Assembly: GCA_008632985.1 (NCBI GenBank)
Contig: QPGO01000034.1
Location: 511,311-575,310, forward strand
Length of the DNA stretch: 64,000 nucleotides
Reading direction: 5' to 3'
Origin: Psammoneis japonica
Taxonomy: Eukaryota
Shown: in pieces, positions 1 through 12,900 of the stretch
Numbering within the stretch: position 1 is the first letter of the stretch
How the letters are laid out: each line of letters begins with the position of its first letter
Notes under the pieces: generated by a model
The model's database searches: none
What the model was told of the DNA's origin: nothing
The model's input: the letters and a program-made list of their open reading frames with translations, nothing else
Position numbers and translations under genes: made by a program

Positions 1-1311
1 TTGCTCCCCGCAAATGCATTGAGCGCATGGTTGACAACTGCACGTGGCTCTTTGGGGAGAAGCCCTGCACTGATGTGCTTTCACCCCTTGACAAGGGAGA
101 CCACCCTGAGCTTGACACTTCCTAATTACTCAAACTGGATGGCATCCACCCACTCCAATCCTTGATTGGTTCCCTGCAATGGGCCGCATCCCTTGGTCAC
201 ATTGACATCACTGCAGCTGTCATGTCTCTGTCTAGCTTGCATGCAGTGCCCCGCCAGGGCCGCCCAGACCGTGCCAAACGTGTCTGCAGATTCCTCTCCA
301 AGATGTGTCATGGTGCCCTTTGATTGCTCACCAAGGAGCCCAAATGTTCAGACCTTCCCAAGCCCGTGTGTGACTGGGCCCAGTCTGTGCATGGGGAGGT
401 AGAAGAGCTGCTCCCGCAAGATGCACCTGAGCCACTTGGCAAGTTCGTCACCACAACACACTGCGTCAATGCAAACTTGTTCCATTGCATGCTCACTGGA
501 TGCTCTGTCACCGGCATCCTCCATTTCCTCAACAAGTTTCTGGCTGATTGGTTCTCTAAGAAACAAGCAACAGTCAAGACTGCCATGTGTGGATCCGACA
601 AGTTTGTTGCCGCAAGGACGTGCATTGAGCAGATCATTGACCTGCGCATCACTTTACGTTGCCTTGGCATCCCCATTTGCAAAACATGTTGCATGTTTGG
701 GGACAACAAGTTGGTTGTGGACAGTGCTGCCATCCTGCACTCCAAGCCACACAAGCAACACACTGCCCTCTCATTCCATCATGTGTGTGAGGCAACTGCC
801 TCCAGTTTCCTTGAGTTTCATTTCATCAAAAGTTCCCACAACCCAGCTGACATCCTCAGCAAGCATTGGGGTCACTCCCAAGTCTGGAGCCTCCATCCTC
901 TAATGTTTTGGAACTTCGATCCCAAGGCTTTCAACCAATCTGACCTCAAATCTGTTGCTGTTGACCCCTCAAGCAAACTGGGGAGTGTCAGGATTTGAAC
1001 AAGATTTCAGTTCATCACACACAATTACATGCATGCTCTTAGTTCCGCGCGGGTCACGTGATGCAGTTTGCTTTCAAGCCACTCAGCTCACAAGAACAAT
1101 GACAGCAGTGCCGACATCACAACACCAGTCTTTTGGCTCCTGCAACAGTCTCTGCATGGAGACTCATCTGCCATTTGGACAGCAGCAAGGAGTTGTTGTT
1201 TTCTTCCACCCAGTCATCTTCAATTTCTGTCACATGACAGTCGTGAGACCTGTTTGTTCTTTGTGATGTCAGAAAAGAGCTCTGATGCATGTTGCTGAAA
1301 GATCCCTGACA
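1..1311 (+). mobile_element. Ty1/Copia (diatom CoDi-type) LTR retrotransposon, 3' part: decayed RT C-terminus/RNase H, polypurine tract and 3' LTR; truncated by the window start
   Basis: ORF 324-998 keeps Copia RNase H motifs (DWFSKKQATV-T...GS.FVAAR, MFGDNK.VV, NPADILSKHW). Purine tract GGGGAG at 980-985 directly precedes the LTR start TGTCAGG at 986. Confidence 0.92.
986..1311 (+). repeat. Copia 3' LTR (~326 bp) with inverted termini TGTCAGG...CCTGACA
   Basis: TG...CA ends with a 7-bp inverted repeat, immediately after the PPT. Confidence 0.8.
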
Positions 1312-2820
1312 ACTCAACATTCAGCACAAACATGAAGTGAGAGAGCCTCAAGACCCACACACATCAATTGTGCTGAAAGAACAACAAATTTGGAAGAGCA
1401 TGTTGTCAATGCAACCCATCCCAGTGCTGCATGGCTTGAGCCCATCAAAAACAGAAGTTGCTGAATGATTGCTGGCTGTGTTTCCTTGAGTTAAAGGCCT
1501 GGTGCAATTGCCAATGACCAAGACACCAAGCAAAATGAGCCTGCACCCAGTGCATCTCCAAGCAGCAGTGCAAAGTTTTGCATTTAGGACAGACAAACTC
1601 ATGTGGTGGTTGGCAAGCAACAAGACATCACTGTGCGTTGACCCACACTTGAGATGGGATGCTGCTGATTTGCATCAATTGATGGTGTCAACATGGACAA
1701 AAGACACAATGTGGTTGGAGACATGCTGTGTGTGGAGATTGAGAAACTTCAGCCAGTGTGGGTGGGATTGTGGAAGCAAAGACACTGCACCACCATGAAA
1801 AAGTTTTGTGACAAGAAAGAATTTTGTGACAAGACAGCAAGGCACTGGACATGCAGTTGGTGCCAAGGTGTGTGTCCACTGCCACACCAATGTTCCCCAC
1901 ACACATGATGACAAGAGTGTCATGGACAAAGCTGAGCTGTGCAGAATGAATGTGCACAAGACCAGCAAGTGCTGGCGTGTTTTTGGTTTGTGAATGCCAA
2001 ACTGCAGGGCAAGATGTTGTGTTGCCAAAACCACAAGAAAGATGACAAGTTTGAGAAGAGCTTGCTGGACCAGTGGGTTGCTGGATCTAGGAACAGGAAT
2101 CTTCAACTTGCACTGGACAGATGAGATGTTCTCATGCTGATGGACACGTCAAGAGCCAGCTGTCCTGCACATGGCATGGACAACAATGGGGTCTGTGGCC
2201 CACTTGTGAAGCTCAGTTTGAAAGACAATGAGTGTGACAAGGTCCATCATGGACTGGCTTGAGACAAGAGTTGGCTTGTCTTCAAAATGTGCACAAGCTG
2301 GCACTGTTTTTATTTTTGTTGCAACATCATCAAGGCAGGGTCCCACACAAAGTGGACTGGCGCAAAGATGGAGCTCTTTGTGTCAGATCCTGAGGTGGTT
2401 GACGGTTGGAGAGCATGGGTTGATTGGTTGGCCCTTGCAAGAGAAGCTCAGTGGAACAGAGTGTTGCTGTGCCTGCATTGCCAAGTTCATGGAGTGTGCT
2501 CAAGTTGTTGCAGATGCACTCAATGAGATGTTGGATTTTCCCAAAATGAAAGACAACAACAAGAACCAAGAAAGATGGCCAGCCGCGCTCTCGCTCCTCT
2601 CAGCACACAATCGTCGTGCTTTTCATCAGCATCACCAACTCCAGTCTTTCACTGTGGCACTCTGACCAGCACAAAATGCAGCACGACACAACAACTGATG
2701 AACAAAAAAGATCACTGCGCTTCACACATGATGGATGCAGGCAACCATCAAAGGCCAAAGGCAGTGAATCATCTTCTCACAGGTTTGAGAACAGGCATTG
2801 AGCATGCGATCTAAGCCACA
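1312..2820. mobile_element. Unidentified decayed repeat-derived sequence (probable host of the Copia insertion)
   Basis: Same TpA/CpG depletion as the Copia, with fragmented Cys/His-rich + strand ORFs. Composition returns to normal at ~2820. No family recognised. Confidence 0.5.
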
Positions 2821-3058
2821 TCTTTTACACAAACATAATATATATATTCAAAGTCTGCTATATAGATTGATATTATTTATCTTAGTGATTGGAGGTTGGT
2901 AAATATGCGGCGAATTTGCCGTTGATGGGTGCACCCAGCACTTTTTTTGAATTTTCTGCACAGACCCTATGTGTGATGAACCATGGCGATAACTGTACTC
3001 GCGAGGAGAATCAGTCACCTTTCAATCCAAGCTTGTGAACGTAGGACATTTACAACCC

Positions 3059-5179
3059 ATGTCTATATCCAATCACAAAAGCCATAAGCTTGACACTGTG
3101 AATAGGCGACCAAACGCAGCAACCAAGCCGATTTTGTGCATACTTCTGCTTTCCGTGGTTTTCTTTGTCGCGTGTACCATATCGTTCCACATCAGTGCAA
3201 AGTATCAACTGGAAACCGACCGCGTATATCTATCCCAACAAACCCATCAACACCCGGCTAGGGAGGAGTCTTTGTACGATTCGTCAAAAACGAGCAGCCA
3301 CGCAGCTAGGGAAGTATCTTGCCTTCAACAGAACTCTCCATCTTGGATAAATGGTAATAGAATTGGGAATTTGAGAGATCCGCTAATCAAAGATGATTTT
3401 GCAATGAAGATGATCCTTGATGACCCGCCTGTGTTGTCAATTGATGGGTCAATGTCAACTTTATTGCAACAAAGTCTGTGTCACAAGGATTCTCGATTTT
3501 TGAACTGGACTGATGATGGGAGCGGCGAGAAGAGTTTGCATTTCTGGGGTCTTCGTCTCATCTATTTGGCCTTTCACGTCCATCAACATCGTCCTGCACG
3601 AGCGGAAGCGACAAGACGACGGCTAAGCCAAGGAACCTGCAAGGAGGAATTAAAAGTGCACAGTGTTGGTAACTTTGACTATGAGTGTCGTGAAGCAAAG
3701 TTTCTCGTTGTTCCAATGGCACAGACAGGATTAGGAGCTGCGGTGAGGCTTGGAGCAGTAAACGCACTTATTGCTGGAGTAGCGACGAATCGTTCCGTTC
3801 TGTTTGTAAACAATGCGCCGTCAGGTCCGAGATTTTTGAAGAAGCCTGTAAGTATGGCATGTGTGATTCAGGTCTGGCACCACTACTACACTCATCTTTT
3901 CACGTTACATTCTTTTCAACGGTTGACAACTAATACTTCGTTTGCTCTGTTTTCTTCTGTCACCACTACTGCACTCATCTTTTCACGTTACATTTTCTTC
4001 GGCACAAAAAAAAAAAAAGTGGAACCATGCAAGCTGTGATCGCCGTGATTTTCAGTGTTTCTATCTTCCAATAAGTCCTTGCGTAACTACTGAGCAAGAG
4101 CTTACTGATGCGTACGTGTTGCAAAGGGGTGAGCAACGACGTGTGTTCAAGTTTGGAGACCTCCCCGAAGAGGCGAACGATAGAAGGGTGATTCTAGCCG
4201 ATTTTGCGAACAGACCACAGCGCGTGCCAGAAACCTTTCGTCCCAATATGCTAAAAGTCATATCAGGAATTATCGACAAACTAAGAGAGGCGAGCAAAGA
4301 CGACTCAAGAATATCCATGCTTCAACAAGCCGCGCAGTTGGTGCTAGAGACGGATCAAGAGGATCCGCTACGACCGTACTATTACAGTGGGGGCGTTTCT
4401 AAAGTACACCATGCAGCCGTCTTTTATACAATGAGGCCAAACCCGCACGCGGCCGAAAAGTTGGAAGAAGTCATGAGCAACCTTTTCCCTGACGACTTCA
4501 ATCCAGAGCTTGCATTTGGGCTACCCATTCGAGGTAAGAAGACCCTATTTCTTTTGCTTCCACCTAGTGTTCGTTCCGTTGTGTTCCGCGCGCTCTCACC
4601 TCCATTGCTCATGGTTATCGTTCAGCCTCTGATAAATGTCTGGTGGAAAGCGAATGTCTGTCTTTTGATCTATACATGAAGCTACTGGGACAGACATGGA
4701 TGAAGAATGATGCTCTGATAAAGTCGAGCACTGAAATGAGTGGAAGGAAGCCCCTTGGGAACATTGTGCTGACTAGCGAATCTCAAAGTATGCTTTCGGC
4801 CCGATTGGCGTACGAAACTAACACGACGTTGAAAGATTCTGTCCCATTTCCGTTTCGGTTTATCACAAACAAAGGTGACATTATGCAAGGAACTGGTTTG
4901 CCGTCTGAGTATAATACTCAAGCAAATGTTACTGCTGACGATATCATGCTTTCTACAGTGAGTTCCTTGAAGACCCAGCTCATGGCGAAGTTCACTGTGA
5001 GTAATTGTTGCTCGAATTTTCATCTACTTATTAACGATTTTTTAAGAGATGGTTGTGGTGCAGCTTCCGACAATATCGGTCAGTGTCTGCAGGAGAATGA
5101 AGACCCCAAATTCCGCGTTTGCTGTCAATGGAGCAAAACTGAAGAGTGCCTTGAAAAGAAGCAATCTGCGGCGCAATGA
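3059..5179 (+). CDS. Alpha-1,6-fucosyltransferase-like (GT23/FUT8-NodZ-like) type II membrane glycosyltransferase; exons ~3059-3847, 4020-4533, 4626-5179
   Basis: N-terminal TM helix (ILCILLLSVVFFVAC), GLGA..R motif, CFYLPISPC, spliced LPIR|ASDKC..ESEC motif. GT-AG introns 3848-4019 and 4534-4625 restore the frame. Confidence 0.7.
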
Positions 5180-5190
5180 GAATGAACCGA

Positions 5191-5811
5191 TCACTCAGAG
5201 TCACGCGGTACATTGTAAACGTAAGCATTCACGCCATTATGTCGACCTGGTACCGTAAAGGTATTCTGAAAGCCAGGTAGTTGAAAGCCAATGCTCACGA
5301 TCTGCAAACTAGTGGCAGAAACTACTTTACGCCGTTCCTGCAATGTGTCGCTGATTTGTTGCATCGCCTCCCGAAACATGTACACAATAATCACATTCGA
5401 CTCATCGACAAATGGCGAATTCCGTAGAAACACGAGTGCGTCTTCCTGAAAGAGCTGGATTCGTTGGCCGAACCCTTGCTCTCGAATCTTCTCGTGTGCG
5501 AGAGCGAGTCGCTCCGCATCCACATCGCACCCGACGCCGCGGCACTTTGTTTGTTCACATGCTTGAATTAACCACCTCCCGTCTCCGCATCCGACGTCCA
5601 ACAAAAGTGATTGCGATGTAAGCTTCAGCGCAGAGACAACATCTGAGATCAAATCGATCGGCGTTGGACTTATCGGTGCAAGTAACGTGAAAGAAGATGC
5701 ATCGTGGTGCCTTTGTTGCATTTCATGAAAGCGTGCCTTTGCTGCCACGAGCAATGCCTGGCGAACGCGTGCTCGCTTCTGCCTATCGACCGAAGTTTCT
5801 AACGACGCCAT
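5191..5811 (-). CDS. Class I SAM-dependent methyltransferase (FAM173/ANTKMT-like)
   Basis: SPTP motif, motif I LLDVGCGDGR, GVGCDVD, FQEDAL; intact 206-aa ORF. Confidence 0.8.
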   Translation of the reverse strand: MASLETSVDRQKRARVRQALLVAAKARFHEMQQRHHDASSFTLLAPISPTPIDLISDVVSALKLTSQSLLLDVGCGDGRWLIQACEQTKCRGVGCDVDAERLALAHEKIREQGFGQRIQLFQEDALVFLRNSPFVDESNVIIVYMFREAMQQISDTLQERRKVVSATSLQIVSIGFQLPGFQNTFTVPGRHNGVNAYVYNVPRDSE

Positions 5812-6068
5812 TTCGTCACGATTTCTTAGAGAGGTTTAGAACAATACAATGCGCCTTATATAGGACGAAAAGTCATGTAGGCTTATTTTTTAAGCGAACA
5901 GCGGCAATCTGAATCACACCATGGTTGTTGTTATGGTTTTTTGAGTTGGAGAAATGAGAAATAGAATTTGCGTACCGGGTGGCAGCAAGACGTCCCCATC
6001 ATACTGTTGCGTTGCGTTCAGTGTCTCCAAACAATGAAGAGTACGTTTAGACGATTATATTCGGTATC

Positions 6069-9000
6069 ATGAAGCCTTCTGTGCTAGAGCAACAACTTCC
6101 GAATGAGGATGTGACCAAGGGTTCTTTCTCCCGATCAATGCGGTATGCAGATACCTTGACTCGAGATGCGTGTCGCTGTCCGCATCTTCAAGAATTTCTC
6201 CCGCATTCACTAGATCTGGATTGTGTTCCCGACGGGAAAATGTGGAAAATAGCGAATCCAGTCCATGCCCTTCACTTGTTATCCCACACCAATCCAGATG
6301 GCACAGTAGTCAGTTTAGCAGAGACGGACTTCCCGGCTCTTTATGGCGACGAACAACGGCGTTTGACGGCGATGCAACAGGGAGGTATTGCTGCTTCACA
6401 CTACCCCGCCGAGCTGCCATTCAAGAAAAAGTCACTGGCTATTAGTGACAAGAAAGCCCCAGTGGCAGAGGACTCTACGAGCGCAATGGATGTTGAAAAA
6501 ACAACCGAATCTAATGGCAATTCTGCCCCAAATCCAGTTCAACACGATCCGCTCAAATCACAGACTTCGACTCAAGATAGAGAGGCAGTTTCTACCTCTG
6601 GTAACAAGGGATTTACTTCACCCGAGTCATCTGCACACCCTTCTCTAGGGCCAGTAATAACAAGTAGTGCTCCGCCCGGATCACAGGAAACTAAGATCGA
6701 GGATTCAATGAGTACGGTTCCGCGATTAGAAAACACCGCTGCGACGGACAACGCCAATGTCGTCCCGGAAGAGCTCGGGCGATCCAGCGGAAACGCACCG
6801 AACGTGTCCAACGAGCCGGCGGGAGAGGGTGCCACTGTTGTAGGGATTGAAAGAAAAATGGAGGTTGTCGAGAAAGACCTGCCATTCATCACTGCCAGTC
6901 AAAACACAAGTACAGCGATCACGGCCAGAGTCACCGAAAAGACTAAAGCCAGGGCGATCACAACAGACACCGTACTTTCAAATGAGGCCAATCCGGTGGA
7001 AGAGGGTAAAGAAACAAAGCTTACGACGCCAAGTTCTGAATCGACGTTGGTAAGCGTAGGTGCTATTAATGCATTGCCGACGAATGAAATAAGTCTCAGC
7101 GTTCCTGAGCATCCTCGTTCCGCGGCTACGGAAGCAATAGAAAATTGCTTCGCAGAAAAAAACATCGATCAAACGTTGCAAGCTAAGCCGGCTGTCGTTG
7201 CTCGTGCGGAAGTGGCGGTGACACCGCCTGTACAAGAGTATTGTTTGCCAGTCGGTCGATATCAGCAACTTAAACAGGCTGAAGACCAAATACTCAAAGA
7301 GAGAAAGGCTCTATCAGCTAAAAGGAAAATGAAAGTCGAGCAAGTCGATAAAAAGAAAGCGAGCTCGTCGCAGTCGAAGAAGCGCAAAGACGGAGGAACC
7401 CCAAAAAAGATGGAGTCTGGCGACCAAAAGAACGCAAGCGGGGCTAGATTGTCTACATTGTCCCGGCTATGGTATAGCTCTAATTCAGCATCGGTAAGCT
7501 CCGATCCCATTGACGTTGTACGATGGGAACAGGATGCATTGCGTGCAAAAGCTAAAGTAGAAGCATGGATGGACGCGATCCGGTTGAATCGCAAGGTGTA
7601 TTGGGGTTCAAAACAGGGAACTAGAAATCAAAACCAAAACATGCGTGTGCGTCAAGCCGGATTTGGGGGCTTGTCCCCTTATCCTTGTGTGGAACACCAG
7701 TGCGACTGTGCGAATGCAAAGGACTCTCTGGGGTTTGGTGAAATCTTTGTACAAACACCGTGTGCCGAGGCCAGGGATGACGAGCTCATTCAATGCCTGG
7801 ATTGCTGTTTTGTTGGCTGCGCCCCGTGTTCTGTGTTTCCGGCATCGGAGCAGCACATTCTTCAGCACTTCCTTCAAACAGGCCATTGCTATGGTGAGTG
7901 TGTCGTTGTTTGTGCTGGTTTTCTCTAAAGTTTTCTCATTCGGCCCTTTTTCATGTGTGAATTCAACGACCATAATATCACACAGGAATTAGTTGCGGAG
8001 CAAGAGCTGACTTATTTTGCTTCCGTTGTGGGGATTTTGTCTACCATGAGCTCTTTGAACAGGAAATTGAGCGCGTAGCCATAGCTCAGCGTACTCCGTG
8101 GATAGGATGGAAAGAACATGCTGTCCAACGATCTTTCGATGCATTGAACTTTGTGACGACGCCTGATCACGGCGTAGTTTGGCGGGGCTTAGTGGCGGCT
8201 TACCCTCGCACCATCACTAAGGATTTGCTTCTATCGACGCGCTCGATTACAAAGCGACTTTTATTGTTTCGAGGACAAGTTGGGGACCGTTCCTCTCTAG
8301 CTTGGGGTCCAAAAGCTTTGGACTTCGCTTGTCGCCAAGCCTTACGGCGTGAGTACAACGATCTTAAGTTCTCATTTCTCCTTGTTTTCGCACCTCATCT
8401 TGTTCATTTTTGAATGCCTCGTTCGTCGTTAATTGTCGAAGACAAAATAAGCTGGAAGATTTCTGCACCGATCGGACTGTACAATTTAGGAAATACGTGC
8501 TTCATGAGCGCAGTGCTGCAATGTCTGGTTCACTGCCTTCCGCTGCAGCGTCATTTTCTTCGTGACGTTAGTCATCACTACGAATCATGCCAGATACTTC
8601 GAAAAGCATTCGAAAACGCTCGCTTGAGTGACGCAGTTGGGCTAGCGGGACGGAGTGAAAAGACATTGAATTCGATTGATAGGTCAACCGCCGACGATAC
8701 TTGCCTTGCTTGTGAGATGGATTTGTTTTTCCTGCGGTACTTTGGAAGTGGGGTCGGTCTTAATGTTATTGAAGCGATTCGTGAACCAATGGCAGCACCA
8801 AATGTCGTCAAGACGGCGAAATCTGAACATGTCACCGCCGAAGTCAAAGGCGAGCCACTAGAAGCTTCAAGGTTGTTGACTGCTGCGTGGAGGAGCGGCA
8901 GTATGGACCACCTTGCTGGCTACGAGCAACGCGATGCGCACGAATTTCTTAACTCCTTCCTCGAGACAATGGGAAAACATGGCATTCGGCATCGGAACCA

Positions 9001-9886
9001 AGTACAGTGTCTCCTGAAGGAGGATTTCTCGGCAAAACTGAGGGGAAACAAGCAATCGGCAGACGTGGCTAGTGGTGGTAAGTTTTCCAGCATAATCTGT
9101 CGCTCGTCTTTACAGTAGATCTTGTGTCTCACGCCATTTCAACCAGACATGGCGAAATCTCTTTTTGAGGGCACTCTTAGATCTGTTCTCATATGCGGGG
9201 AATGCGGGTGCAAGCGCTCTCAATTAGAGCCGTTTCTCAACATCTCACTGTCGCTATCTCCGTCGAAGGAAATTGAACGGCCGGCAGTAACAGCTGGGAC
9301 TCGGAAAAATTCGGGCATATCCGGGCTAAATGTGCTTCATTGTTTAAAACGATTTACAGCACCGGAAGCGCTGGGTGATCCGGTTCATTGTGGTTCTTGT
9401 CTAAAGAAGACACTAACGAAAAAGCAACACACGTTTGCCAAGCTTCCAAAAGTGTTGTGTATGCACCTCAAACGATTCGACGCCGCAGAGAACAAGAAAA
9501 TTGAAGATTTTGTTGCCTTCCCTGCTCGTGGCTTAGAGATGGGACCTCATTTGCCTCACTGGTATGTTATTTTTCTCTGATTCTAGAATTTTGCATGTTC
9601 TTTCTCGTCCGACGCGTTCCACGCTTGTTTGCGCTCTCTGTTCAGGTGCGAGTTAAATCAAGGCGCGGACGCTTCCACCGGACAGAGTGACAACAGTCCC
9701 AGAATTCTGTATGATCTCTTTGGAACCGTCAACCACACCGGTACTCTTAACCAAGGGCACTACGTGTCGAACGTAAAAAGTGATGGGAAGTGGTACCATT
9801 GTAATGACGCAGTTGTGTGTGACACGACGGAAGAAGACGTTCTTAAGAGCGACGGCGCATACGTTTTGTTTTATATCCGAAGATAG
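6069..9886 (+). CDS. Ubiquitin carboxyl-terminal hydrolase, USP22/Ubp8-like (ZnF-UBP + peptidase C19); multi-exon
   Basis: ZnF-UBP (CLDC..GC..H..H..H|GISCG..LFCFRCGDFVY across intron 7894-7985), Cys box GLYNLGNTCFMSAVLQ, EQRDAHEF, His box HTGTLNQGHY..WYHCNDA, AYVLFY. Confidence 0.9.
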
Positions 9887-9968
9887 ATTCACCGAGGTTC
9901 ATTTTAGATTCAGTCTATGTAAGCCTTAGCGTGATATTATTGTTGGCAAGTAACATGCCAAAGCAATG

Positions 9969-12900
9969 TTAAATCTCTAGTCCAACGTTGCTGTTGAAGC
10001 TTGCTGCAGCGCCGCCGAACCAGCTGCTTCTAGGAAACGACGTCCCGCTCTGTCCAGCTGTAGCGACTGGGGTAGAGAAATCAACGTTTACCGTTGCGTT
10101 ACCTTGAACGTTAGCTAGCATTTCATTCGCAATTTGAAGAGTCTGGGCGCCAACGTTTGCGGGGCTAAAGGCCAGCTTTGCGTAATCTGCCAACGCCATT
10201 GCAACGTATGTGAACGAAGGCCGTTTGTGGCTGTCTTGATCCCAGCATGCACATACAATTTCCTTAAGTCGTCTGGGCATGGACGCAGGGATCTCCGGTC
10301 TTCGTCCCTCGGCAACTGCCCACGCCGCCTGAATGGGCGTCATTGTGGCAAAGGGCACTTCTCTGGTGATCAACTGCCAAAGCCTACGATGCAAAACAGT
10401 GAAATAGAAGTTGTGGTGAGAAGTAGACACTAAAAGAAAGTCTGTGCAAGATATAACTCTGGGACGTACACAATGCCAAAAGAGTACACATCTGCGTTGC
10501 TGGAATACGATTCATGTTTGATAACTTCCGGTGCCATGTATCTATACGTCCCCGTTTCGGCTGTAAGCTCTTGGCCAGTGTCAGTGGCAGACATGCCAAA
10601 ATCGGCAATCTTCGCCCGGTGGTCCATCGAAAGCAAAATGTTGCTTGGTTTTAGATCTCGGTGAATGATGTGGCGGTGATGGAGGTACGCCATCCCGTTG
10701 GCGATATCCAGGGCGATTGGTAAGTACTCATAGTAACGTGTAGTATCCAGGAGCAAAGACAGAAGACTGCCCCCCTCACAGTATTCATAGGCTAAGCAAA
10801 AGCACTCCGAATCAGCCGCGACACCAACGAGATCACATACGTTGGTATGCTGAAGCATTGCCGCAATATCTGCCTCACGACGCAATTCATCCACATGTGA
10901 AGAATCACCAGTATCTGGGTTGACGCTGGCCACCTTCAAGGCCACCATTTTGACGTTCGTTGTTGGGTTCGCTTCCGTTTCGTGGTGTTGCCATGCGGCT
11001 CGGTAAATTGTGCTCACTCTACCGGTTCCTAATGTTTCGATCAACATCAACTCTTCAAAAGGAATACAAGGAATTGTCCGTGTTTCCAGTCCGTCCAACG
11101 GAGACCACGAAGCGCTGTTGACATCGGTGCTGTCTAGTCCCATTCTACCGAAGTCAGAGGCTTCTCGGTTTTCAAGAGGCCGACGCTGCCGACGCGAACT
11201 GCTCTCTTTGGCGCCTTCACCGGGGTTATCACTTTTTGTCTTGGAACCTGAAACGTCTGCAGACGCCCGAGGAGACGCTTCAACATGTGACTGCGACAAG
11301 ATACGTCTTGGTGGATTCGGCAAACTGTGCTGTCGGATAAGCCTTTGCTGCTGCCCTCTACCCGGAGCCGCAAGGGCATTTATACTAGAATTCGAGGCCA
11401 GAACCTGTGAAAGAGGTACTGCATCCATAATTTCCTCTTCGATCTCACGAGGCGATCCTTTGTCCGGACTGGGAGGGTGAAAATAGACTGGACCGGAAGC
11501 TTGTGCCGCCGTTACTGGCGTTTCCGTCTTCACTGCGGTAACCGATGGCGTTTCCGCAGATTCAGATTCTTGAGCATGCTTCAAGAACGCCTCTATTCCG
11601 TTGGCGAGCTTATCAAGTCTCAGTCTGCCATTCATTTCCACCACGAAGCGGTCTAAAACGATATTATCCGACGTAAGCATCACGTCGGCGTCGATAACAC
11701 GAGAGCCTCCAGTTGACAACATGTTAGTGATGTATTCGAGCAGCCCCCTTGCATCCTTACAGGCAATGGTAACTAAACGGATGACCGTTTGAGGCCTAGT
11801 ATGGATGGGGGCAGTCGTTTTCTCATTCCCGTGGTTGACAATGTGAACCACCGCCCGGGAATCATTTGATCTTGCGGCAGCCATTAGACGCATATGGAGC
11901 AAAACTTCCGAGGGCGTGTCCACCCCAAGCGCATAACGTGGAGGGAGCGCCGCAAGAAACTGCTGGACGCTCAGGAAAACGTGCTCTCGCTGGAGAGATG
12001 ATTGTACACCATAGCTCGAAGGGTTCAGTAACTTGGACTCGGCGACGAATAAATCCGTGACAATGTCGCAAAGATCTCGAATGACTGCCCGGCTGTGCTC
12101 GGCGCGACGACGGTTTCTTGCTTCATTGGTTAGCCTGCTGCTCGGTAATGTCTTCCGTCTTGGTTCATCAGGTAAGCTTGAATTGTCTTGTGGGGCGGGA
12201 GATGGTGTGAATGAGCGACTGGTAGAGTTTACTGATTCTCGAACAGCCATCAGGCGCTGCTGCATTTCGACCTCGAGAATCTCCTTCTGGTACAACATGT
12301 ATGCGTAAGGAGACCCAGAGGGTGGTACAAGCGCCCCCAGCTCTTTGCTTGACATGCATCTGTATTTGTACGATAGATTGAAAAACTTGAGTGGATCGGC
12401 GAAAATTCTCAAGACGAGAAGAAAGGCGACATAGGAGCGTTTCAAATCAATATATGACAATGACACAAACTCACCTCCTTACACTTTCGCTACGTACACC
12501 AATACCTGCCGGACGCGTTTGCAGTGGCGTTTCGCTCCACGAAGAGCGCCTCGTCATGTCATTTGCATAGCTGGGACAAGATGATGGGGTGCTCAAAGGT
12601 GGTGGAGCATCTAATCTTGGTGGCTCCATATCGCTCCTGTTGTTTGAGGGTGTCCGCGTTTGAACTGGTCCCGACGCTGAGTCAGCCTCAAACACATGTG
12701 ACGGACGCTTCAGGATACTTTGACTGGAGGATGGACCGTCGCCAGAGCCTCTTGTTTGTGTGCTAGTATGATGGGAATATTCTTGTGGTAAGGTATTAGC
12801 ATTTGTGTTCTGACCAATGCTGTTTGGCGCGCCCTGTGGCTCTAGCAATGCGGTAAGATTTGAGCGACGAGGTCTCACCTCTGAAGATTGTCGAACCGCT

